IMG/VR virus record: IMGVR_UViG_3300048585_000035 | Location: 1-41,341 of that record | Source of the DNA: a virus | Taxonomy: Duplodnaviria > Caudoviricetes | Length of the DNA: 41,341 nt | Strand: one strand, 5' to 3' | Shown here: piece after piece, positions 1 to 6,348 of the stretch | How positions within the stretch are numbered: position 1 is the stretch's first letter | Layout: each line of letters starts with the position of its first letter | Notes under the pieces: generated by a model | What the model was told of the DNA's origin: nothing | The model's input: only the letters and a program-made list of their open reading frames with translations | Database searches by the model: none | Made by a program: the position numbers and the translations under genes

Positions 1-201
1 GTGTTCCATGCCCAGACTGGCCAGACGGCTGCGGAGTACAACTCGCAGGCCCCGGCCGAGTTCCTGGACATGTGGTCGAAGGAGTTCACCGGCAAGGTGA
101 TCGACAAGACCACGAAGGGCAATGTGGCTCCGGCTGCAGCTGCTCCGGGTGCACCGGCCGCTGCTGCGTCGGGCAAGCCGTCGCTGTTCGGCGGAGGCTA
201 A
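1..201 (+). CDS. Single-stranded DNA-binding protein, N4 gp45-like (C-terminal part, 5'-truncated)
   Basis: FHAQTGQTAAE..AEFLDMW..G.VIDKT segment, then an Ala/Pro linker and a KPSLFGGG tail resembling N4-like SSB C-termini; expected position upstream of the vRNAP. Confidence 0.7.
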   Translation: MFHAQTGQTAAEYNSQAPAEFLDMWSKEFTGKVIDKTTKGNVAPAAAAPGAPAAAASGKPSLFGGG

Positions 202-204
202 TCC

Positions 205-546
205 ATGAAGATCACCCTCGACCAAGACACCTTGGCGAAGGCTGTGATCAGCCACCTGCGGAATATCGGGGTCCAATCCGATATTCTGCAAGTGGATTTC
301 CGCTACACCCGTGTTCCGTACACGGTCTTTGCGGAAGTGGAACTGGCCGAAGCCCAAGGCAAGACGGCGAGAGTGAGGGTGCCAGTTGAACTGGCTGTGG
401 CTGAAGAAGCAGGCGTACCTGTTCCTCCGCCGCCACCCGAGCCTCTCGTCAATCCCGCCACTCTCCCGGCTGAAGAAGGTCCAGAGGAACCTGAGCAGCC
501 TGTCCCCGAGAAGCCCGCCGCTCCGCTCTTTGGCGGTGGTGGTTGA
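205..546 (+). CDS. Conserved N4-like hypothetical protein following SSB (gp46-like), Pro/Glu-rich tail
   Basis: GGAGG SD upstream; MKITLDQ..L..AV N-terminus typical of the gene after SSB in N4-like phages; ends KPAAPLFGGGG. Confidence 0.6.
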   Translation: MKITLDQDTLAKAVISHLRNIGVQSDILQVDFRYTRVPYTVFAEVELAEAQGKTARVRVPVELAVAEEAGVPVPPPPPEPLVNPATLPAEEGPEEPEQPVPEKPAAPLFGGGG

Positions 547-641
547 TGTGGGCCTATCTCGGGAGATCCGTGTTGATCGCCGTTGCTACGACAGTGGTTC
601 GCGTCGTCTTGACGCACAACTGGCGTAGGCCCAAACGCTGA
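546..641 (+). CDS. 31-aa hydrophobic peptide with basic tail (possible membrane or leader peptide)
   Basis: TGATG stop/start overlap at 544-548; MWAYLGRSVLIAVATTVVRVVLTHNWRRPKR; not in the ORF track. Confidence 0.45.
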   Translation: MWAYLGRSVLIAVATTVVRVVLTHNWRRPKR

Positions 642-880
642 ACCGAGGTTTCGTCATCTCCTCGGCGGGAAAGCCGCGAAGCGGTGCTTGTCCTACTACG
701 TCGTGGACCCCGACACAAGATGCAACACGTAGAGCCGGAAACAGGGACTTTCTCCTACCCTGGGTAGCCGGCAAACAGACGCAACTCTAGCTAGTCTGAG
801 GGATGGGGTCGAAAGACCCCTTTCCTTAATTCCCAAGCTCCCAGGAGAGTTCGTACAGTAGTCCTTCCACAGCGGAGGGC
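642..880 (+). ncRNA. Candidate structured RNA / regulatory leader
   Basis: About 240 nt non-coding with dense stems: CCGAGG/CCTCGG (643-665), CTTGT/ACAAG (687-719), GCCGG..CAGGG/CCCTG..CCGGC (734-772), CAGAC/GTCTG (776-798), GGGGTC-GAAA-GACCCC (805-820). Confidence 0.45.
805..827 (+). terminator. Putative intrinsic terminator within the leader
   Basis: GGGGTC-GAAA-GACCCC hairpin followed by TTTCCTT (imperfect U tract). Confidence 0.5.
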
Positions 881-886
881 GTTAAG

Positions 887-1309
887 GTGAAGATCCATCT
901 ACTGGACGATCTGGAGGATGCTCGAGAGCTGTGGGACGAGATGCAACTGCTCCATCACAACAGTGACAAGTGGCCTGGTGACGATCACACCTACTGGTCG
1001 TTAACCGAAGGTTCACAATCGATCGGACTCACTTCTGCGGTATTTCGGCCTGAAAAAGGCTATGTTTATCTCAGCTACGCGATTATCATGCCGAATCACG
1101 AGGTGCGTGGCTTACAGCGAAGGCTGATCCAGCATCGATTGCGCTGGGCCAAGAAGCAAGGAGCGATCTACGCTGTCACGTACACCCTGCTGCACAACTA
1201 CCCGAGCATCATCAATCTGCTGCGTTGCGGCTTCAAGTTTGCCGAGAAACCCAGAGGCTGGTGCGGATACGGAACGGATGTGCACTACTTCGAGAAACAA
1301 CTCACTTGA
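887..1309 (+). CDS. GNAT family acetyltransferase
   Basis: YLSYAIIMPNHEVRGLQRRLI (motif A-like), AKKQG, TYT..N.PSI.NL.RCGF (motif B); SD GGAGGG at 874-879, GTG start. Confidence 0.8.
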   Translation: MKIHLLDDLEDARELWDEMQLLHHNSDKWPGDDHTYWSLTEGSQSIGLTSAVFRPEKGYVYLSYAIIMPNHEVRGLQRRLIQHRLRWAKKQGAIYAVTYTLLHNYPSIINLLRCGFKFAEKPRGWCGYGTDVHYFEKQLT

Positions 1310-1315
1310 GGTTCT

Positions 1316-1615
1316 ATGAGTTCCAAGAAAGCGAAGAAGGCTTCTGCTCTGTCCCTGGAAGACCTGGACAAGCAGTACAACCCGAACGTCATCATCCCCG
1401 CTCGTATTCGTGCTGGCCTGGCCAAGCTGGGTGATCATGCGATGACGGCGATGAACTTCCAGCACGAAGCCAACGTCACCACTGTCCAGCTTGCTCAGTT
1501 CTCGGAGATGTTCGAGAAGCACCAGGTCGTCGTCCGCGACGGCGGCAAGGCCAAGACGCTGTGGTGTGGCACTGAATCCTTTGCACGCAAAGTGCGAGAG
1601 AGACTCGGACTATGA
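1316..1615 (+). CDS. Hypothetical protein sharing an N-terminal motif with the downstream phosphoesterase
   Basis: GAGG SD; ATGA overlap with next gene; contains LSLEDLDKQYNP. Confidence 0.75.
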   Translation: MSSKKAKKASALSLEDLDKQYNPNVIIPARIRAGLAKLGDHAMTAMNFQHEANVTTVQLAQFSEMFEKHQVVVRDGGKAKTLWCGTESFARKVRERLGL

Positions 1616-3075
1616 GCAAACTCACCCTCGACGATCTGGACCGACAGTACAACCCTGCGTACGAGATCCAAACTCCACACACGATTCTCTGTCGTGAACT
1701 TCGTCCGGGGTGCAAGCGTTTCATCATCACAGCAGCTCAGAATGGCACACCGGTTCATAGCGCCTTCTGGATGTCCCTGAAGACAGCAGCCGAATACTAC
1801 GATGCCGAGATCCTCGTCATCCCGCTGCGCTACAAGAACCCGACGAGCCATTGGTCAGGCAGCCAGCGCAACGTCGAGTGGTGGGCTCCTGAAGTGACGC
1901 CGTTCCTCTGGAACCAGCGGCACAAGCTCAATAAGCACCTCACGTTGCTGGCTGATCTGAAGATTCAGCCTACGGCAGAAACTCCGCTGACTGGCGCAGA
2001 CGCCATCTCTCATGCAGCCTCCGGCATCATTGGCCACACCAAGGTGCAGCTGAAGTGCATCGCCACTCCGTCTGCATCCATGGCCAAGATCCTGACAACG
2101 ACAGGTGCCTGCACGGTCGAGAACTACACAGACTCTCGAGCCGGCCGCATCGGAGCTTTCCATCACTCGCTTAGTGCCCTGGTCGTGGAACTGGACGGTG
2201 GCAAGTTCTTCATGCGCCACATCCACTTCGACAGCAAGACGGGTGGATGCATCGACCTGGACACATGGTTCGGTCCTGGCGGCATGAAGAACGCTCCTCG
2301 TCCTCTGGCTCTGGTCATGGGTGATACCCACGTCGATTCCATCGATCCCAAGGTGAAGCAGATCACCTTCGGCAAGAACGGCATCGTGGAAGCCCTCCAG
2401 CCCAAACACCTGATCTGGCATGACCTGCTGGACTCGTACAGCTGCAACCCACATCACAAAGGCAATCCGTTCAACGTGATTGCCAAACGCAGCAAGAACG
2501 CCGACGACGTGCGTGCGGAAACCACTCGAGCCATCGAGTTCATCCGTCAGCACACACCGAAGGGTGTCACTTCTGTCGTCGTCGGCAGTAACCACAACGA
2601 CTTCCTGCGTCGCTGGATCGTGAATGGCGACTGGAAGAACGATCCAGTGAACGCCGAGTTCTATCTCGAGACTGCCCTGGCAATGGTCCGTGATACCCGA
2701 CTCACGGAGAAGGGTACGGAGTATCCGGACCCGTTCATGTACTGGGCTGAGAAAGCCAAGCTGCCAAACACCATCCTGCTCAACGACGATGAGAGCTTTG
2801 AGCTGGGTGGAGTGGAACTGGGCATGCATGGCAACCTGGGTCCAAACGGAGCACGTGGCAGCAGAGCCAATCTGAAGCGCATAGGCATTCGTTCGATCAT
2901 TGGCCACAGCCACACCCCTGGCATCGACGAGGGCTGCTATCAGGCTGGTACGTCCACCAGGCTCCGTCTGGAGTACAACAAGGGACCGTCCAGCTGGCTC
3001 AATGCCCACGTCCTTCTCCACGCAGACGGCAAGCGACAGCTGCTCGTTCTCGTGGATGGTCGTTACCGGTTATGA
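1612..3075 (+). CDS. T5 A1-like calcineurin-like metallophosphoesterase/nuclease
   Basis: Motifs GDTH, HDLLD, GSNHND, MHG, GHSH, plus A1-family segments ITAAQN.TPVH, GPNGARGS and LEYNKGPSSW. Confidence 0.8.
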   Translation: MSKLTLDDLDRQYNPAYEIQTPHTILCRELRPGCKRFIITAAQNGTPVHSAFWMSLKTAAEYYDAEILVIPLRYKNPTSHWSGSQRNVEWWAPEVTPFLWNQRHKLNKHLTLLADLKIQPTAETPLTGADAISHAASGIIGHTKVQLKCIATPSASMAKILTTTGACTVENYTDSRAGRIGAFHHSLSALVVELDGGKFFMRHIHFDSKTGGCIDLDTWFGPGGMKNAPRPLALVMGDTHVDSIDPKVKQITFGKNGIVEALQPKHLIWHDLLDSYSCNPHHKGNPFNVIAKRSKNADDVRAETTRAIEFIRQHTPKGVTSVVVGSNHNDFLRRWIVNGDWKNDPVNAEFYLETALAMVRDTRLTEKGTEYPDPFMYWAEKAKLPNTILLNDDESFELGGVELGMHGNLGPNGARGSRANLKRIGIRSIIGHSHTPGIDEGCYQAGTSTRLRLEYNKGPSSWLNAHVLLHADGKRQLLVLVDGRYRL

Positions 3076-3085
3076 GGACTCATTC

Positions 3086-3625
3086 GTGTTGAAGCTCTAT
3101 AAGTCGGGTCGACATGTCGATCCGCTGAATCTCCGTGCTCAGGATTTGGACATCCGAGACATCGCACACAATCTTTCGTTGCTGTGCCGCTACACCGGAG
3201 CCTTTCCCTTCCACTACAGCGTGGCCCAGCACAGTCTCCTGGTGGCCAGCATGATGGCCAAGGATGGGCACAAGCCCAACACCTGTCTCGCAGGGCTGCT
3301 CCATGATGCAGCTGAATACGTCTTCGGAGACGTGAACTACCACCTCAAAAAGCTCCCTGAGCTGGCGGAGTACAACCGTCGTGAACACGAATGCAGCAAG
3401 ATGATCGTGGCTCACTTCGGTTCCACTGTCCATGAACTGGAAAAAGTGAAGCGTTACGATCGGGAAGCCGCCTTCCTCGAGATGGACGTACGTGACGGGA
3501 AGTCGTTCGAGATTGTCGAGCACGCTCCCGGCACCATCTATCACCGGTTCTTGTTGAAGTTCGGAGAGTTGACGGGGAATGATCCCTATGATCACACCTC
3601 TTTCTCTCTCCCCTCTCATCTCTAG
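3086..3625 (+). CDS. HD-domain phosphohydrolase (YfdR-like 5'-deoxynucleotidase)
   Basis: IRDIAHNLSLLCRYTG, YSVAQHS, GLLHDAAEY..GD, K.YD motifs; start reassigned to GTG 3086 with GAGGA SD at 3074-3078. Confidence 0.85.
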   Translation: MLKLYKSGRHVDPLNLRAQDLDIRDIAHNLSLLCRYTGAFPFHYSVAQHSLLVASMMAKDGHKPNTCLAGLLHDAAEYVFGDVNYHLKKLPELAEYNRREHECSKMIVAHFGSTVHELEKVKRYDREAAFLEMDVRDGKSFEIVEHAPGTIYHRFLLKFGELTGNDPYDHTSFSLPSHL

Positions 3626-3632
3626 GATCTCC

Positions 3633-4271
3633 ATGAAAACTCTCCCGAACGAATCCAAGATGCGGTATCAGTACCCCATCTCGAGCGGAGCATTGGCTTA
3701 CTTTCCTGCAGCCATTGCCGGCGTCGCCAAGCACTCGTACATCGGTGGAGCCAAGTACAACGATGGTGCGCTGGTGCATCTGCGCTACATCTCGAACAAC
3801 CATCTTGATTGCGTTGGGCGTCACGTCCTGGATCTGCAGGACTTGCTGGCTGCCCACGGTCGTGGTGAGACCACCGTTCCCACCTACATCTACGACTTCG
3901 AGAAGAAGCAGGAAGTGCTGGTGGATCTGCCGATCGCAGAAGCTATCCTGATCGAATGCAACGCCATGAGCTGGCGTAGTCTCGCTATCTCTCAGGAACT
4001 GCATGAGAAGCTGGGCGGTGCTCCGCTGGCTCCGGCAGCCCGCCTGGAGCCGTCTGCACCTCCTGCACCTGAAACTTTCAAGCTGATTGCTTTCGGTAGA
4101 AACAAGGTGGGCATCGTCAAGTGCGTTCGCACGGTCACCCTGTGTTCGCTAAAGGACGCCGTGGACATCGTCAACGGTGTGCCGAGCACAATCAGCATCG
4201 AACCGCGCAGTGGCTACAACGCAGAGCGTGCCAAGGCGCTGTTTACTCGTGAAGGAGCCACAGTCGAATGA
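3633..4271 (+). CDS. DUF5664-like (dATP/dGTP diphosphohydrolase-type) domain fused to a ribosomal protein bL12 (L7/L12) C-terminal domain
   Basis: N-terminus G.LAYFPAAIAGVAKHSYIGGAKYN..HLDC..RH and WRSLA..QE; Ala/Pro linker; C-terminus FKLIAFGRNKVGIVKCVRTVTLCSLKDAVDIVNGVP..AERAKALFTREGATVE. Start ATG 3633 with AGGA SD. Confidence 0.75.
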   Translation: MKTLPNESKMRYQYPISSGALAYFPAAIAGVAKHSYIGGAKYNDGALVHLRYISNNHLDCVGRHVLDLQDLLAAHGRGETTVPTYIYDFEKKQEVLVDLPIAEAILIECNAMSWRSLAISQELHEKLGGAPLAPAARLEPSAPPAPETFKLIAFGRNKVGIVKCVRTVTLCSLKDAVDIVNGVPSTISIEPRSGYNAERAKALFTREGATVE

Positions 4272-4537
4272 GTACTTTTCCACTGGAAATCGCTCTCGAT
4301 GTCGAGGTCGAATACACCTGCGTTTCCAAAGGTCGACCCGAGCAAGGCCCCACATACAGCTGTGGCGGCCAGCCTGCTGAGCCACCTGAATTCGAAATCG
4401 ATCGAGTGATGTGTAACGGAGTGGATATTCGCAATGCTCTCTCCGAAGACACGCTTGAGCTGCTGCGTGATCACGCTGAAGATGATTACGCAGACAGTGA
4501 ACCTGACTACGACGACCGTAGTGACGACGACTACTAA
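4268..4537 (+). CDS. Small acidic hypothetical protein
   Basis: ATGA overlap with upstream gene; PAEPPEFEI motif; Asp-rich tail. Confidence 0.7.
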   Translation: MSTFPLEIALDVEVEYTCVSKGRPEQGPTYSCGGQPAEPPEFEIDRVMCNGVDIRNALSEDTLELLRDHAEDDYADSEPDYDDRSDDDY

Positions 4538-4552
4538 CCAATCGAGGATCCC

Positions 4553-5116
4553 ATGAACGAACTTCTCTCCCAGATCCTGCAGTGGATGAAGATCAACGGC
4601 TATCGCCGTGCGAGCTTCGACCGCTTGTGTGGAATCATCCCGGCTGCTTCCACGTACGAGCAGCTCGACCAGCTGATTGCAGACAACCCGCATATCCTCC
4701 GTTCATCGCGCATCAAGGGCGGTATGGACGGTCTGGCTCTCCAGGACGGTCTCGAGATCGATGGAGCCATTGCCCTGGCGAACCCGCCTCCCGTCGAGGA
4801 GGAAGTCGTGTTCACGGTTCCAACGATCGAGGGTGCGCCGAAGGTGTCCACCAACGATGTCGAGAGCGAAATCGTGGACGAGTACTACCGCAACGCCGGC
4901 AGTGCCGTGAAGGCTCCAGTGGGCAGCTCGCTGTACAACGTCACGTTGTGCCTGCTCCAGCTGCGCAACGGCTTCGTCATCGTCGGCAAGAGCGCCTGCG
5001 TCGATTCCGCCAACTTCAACGAGGCGGTCGGTCGGCAGCTCGCTCGTGAAGATGCGATCAAGCAGGTGTGGCCGTACCTCGGCTTCCGCTTGGCTGACAA
5101 GCGTCTCGCGGCCTGA
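4553..5116 (+). CDS. N4 gp49 / Phage_gp49_66 family protein with extra N-terminal domain
   Basis: C-terminal TLCLLQLRNGFVIVGKSACVDSANFNEAVGRQLAREDAIKQVWPYLGF signature; GAGGA SD; position before the vRNAP as for N4 gp49. Confidence 0.85.
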   Translation: MNELLSQILQWMKINGYRRASFDRLCGIIPAASTYEQLDQLIADNPHILRSSRIKGGMDGLALQDGLEIDGAIALANPPPVEEEVVFTVPTIEGAPKVSTNDVESEIVDEYYRNAGSAVKAPVGSSLYNVTLCLLQLRNGFVIVGKSACVDSANFNEAVGRQLAREDAIKQVWPYLGFRLADKRLAA

Positions 5117-5118
5117 TC

Positions 5119-5322
5119 ATGGCCATCCATCCGAGCCGGGGGGAAGTTCTCCCCGGCTTTGATTGCGAGACTGGCAAGGCTGTCGGCTACACGGGTGCCG
5201 AGTGGCACTATCGCCTTCGAGACATGAAGTTGGTGAATGACAACTTCACCATGACCGTCCGGGCGTACGTGGGCGACAAGCTGCGCTACGAAATCTACGC
5301 CTCCACTTCGGAGCTGCGATGA
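5119..5322 (+). CDS. Hypothetical protein
   Basis: Tightly packed ORF in the operon with phage-like codon usage. Confidence 0.6.
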   Translation: MAIHPSRGEVLPGFDCETGKAVGYTGAEWHYRLRDMKLVNDNFTMTVRAYVGDKLRYEIYASTSELR

Positions 5323-5388
5323 ACAAAATCCCCTACTCCATCTGGCTCTCAACGCCAGCTGGCTGGGTGAAGATCTGGAGCCGGGAAG

Positions 5389-5613
5389 ATGACCCAAATC
5401 AAGAACGACTTGTCAGCCAGCGAAGCTGTGAAAGTCGACCAACTCTGTGGTCGCGTCTTAAGCGATATTGGCAGCATTCATGCTCGGATAACGCCGCTCA
5501 GTGACGATGAAAAAGCTTTACCCATGTCCCCTGAATTGGTAGCTTTGCGTCGTCACATCCGGGAGATTTCCGATGCAGTCCGAGACCTGTACCCAGCAGC
5601 CTTCTACCGCTGA
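5389..5613 (+). CDS. Hypothetical helical protein (alternative overlapping ORF 5319-5504)
   Basis: GGAG upstream; amphipathic helical sequence; choice between the two frames is uncertain. Confidence 0.45.
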   Translation: MTQIKNDLSASEAVKVDQLCGRVLSDIGSIHARITPLSDDEKALPMSPELVALRRHIREISDAVRDLYPAAFYR

Positions 5614-5827
5614 GAAGCGCCGTCCCACGGTGTTCTACCGTGCAGACAAACCTCATCACTACCAGATTGGCCACAGTGCCTTCTGCTATCCACTGAACCA
5701 CCCGGATCTTGGTCAGGTTACTGGAAACGGAGAGGTGCCTGCTCGCACTTCACCGGTCCAAGCCGTGAATCATGCGAGTGGTGAGTTCTGGACCAGGAAC
5801 ACGCACTACGCCCCACTCATGCCATGA
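5573..5827 (+). CDS. Small hypothetical phage protein
   Basis: HP..V.GNG....TSPV......FWTRNTHY pattern seen in small phage proteins; ATGA overlap downstream; start uncertain. Confidence 0.6.
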   Translation: MQSETCTQQPSTAEKRRPTVFYRADKPHHYQIGHSAFCYPLNHPDLGQVTGNGEVPARTSPVQAVNHASGEFWTRNTHYAPLMP

Positions 5828-6066
5828 AGACAGTGAAATTCAAATGCGGATGCGTTGCAGAGCTTCATCGAGAAGCCTGGGTAAGCTTGTGCCCTGTGCA
5901 CGAAGCCGAAACCAAGGCTACTCACGAACGATGGGCTCGAGAACACCGCGAGAATGGTGGGTCTATCCAGAAGGCAGCCCTGAAGAAGGCATCAACGTCT
6001 TTGGATACTCCGCTGACACTTGGCGATCTTGGTTTGCCAAGTACGACACCCGACGCTGGCTCGTGA
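5824..6066 (+). CDS. Hypothetical protein, possible Zn-binding (CGC..CPVH)
   Basis: Coupled start; Cys/His spacing. Confidence 0.6.
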   Translation: MKTVKFKCGCVAELHREAWVSLCPVHEAETKATHERWAREHRENGGSIQKAALKKASTSLDTPLTLGDLGLPSTTPDAGS

Positions 6067-6073
6067 GGCCGTT

Positions 6074-6262
6074 GTGAGAAAGCAAAAGCGAGTGGTGTTC
6101 TACTGCTCCGGGTGTAAGCAGCGTGTCACCCGAATGGTGCAACCACCTGTAAAACGGTACTACCTGTCATTCTGTGCCACCGCTAACACGATCATCAAAA
6201 TGCGTAAGAGCAGGGACCAGAGTGAAGTAGCGAGCCACACTGCTCCTGTGGAGATCTGGTAA
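6074..6262 (+). CDS. Small basic Cys-containing hypothetical protein
   Basis: GAGG then GTG 6074, in frame with ORF 6020-6262; CSGC..C. Confidence 0.5.
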   Translation: MRKQKRVVFYCSGCKQRVTRMVQPPVKRYYLSFCATANTIIKMRKSRDQSEVASHTAPVEIW

Positions 6263-6348
6263 TGACTCTCACTGAACTGGCTCAGAACTATGTGGGCTAT
6301 CGACTCACGTGCATTCACGAGTTCTGTGGCAACACCTGGTCAGGTTAG
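6262..6348 (+). CDS. 28-aa hypothetical peptide
   Basis: TAATG overlap; MTLTELAQNYVGYRLTCIHEFCGNTWSG; its TAG overlaps the vRNAP stop on the opposite strand. Confidence 0.35.
   Translation: MTLTELAQNYVGYRLTCIHEFCGNTWSG

Noticed and set aside
674-684. CCGC-GAA-GCGG triloop hairpin as a vRNAP promoter
   Set aside because: The +1 template base (668) would be G rather than C, the stem is short, and it would fire antisense into the SSB region; treated as part of the leader structure.
642-880. tRNA, tmRNA, hammerhead/HDV ribozyme or c-di-GMP-I riboswitch
   Set aside because: No cloverleaf, T-loop or CCA end, no CUGANGA core, and only fragmentary GGCAAAC/GACGCAA similarity.
1855-3021. 388-aa minus-strand ORF
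   Set aside because: Antisense shadow of the phosphoesterase gene caused by GC-rich codon bias.
2900-3085. N-terminal extension of the HD ORF (241 aa in the track)
   Set aside because: Overlaps the A1-like gene; SD plus GTG at 3086 matches the domain start.
3086-4271. 2-aminoadenine (Z) genome pathway
   Set aside because: No PurZ in the window and the HD protein looks YfdR-like rather than DatZ-like; cannot be excluded for the rest of the genome.
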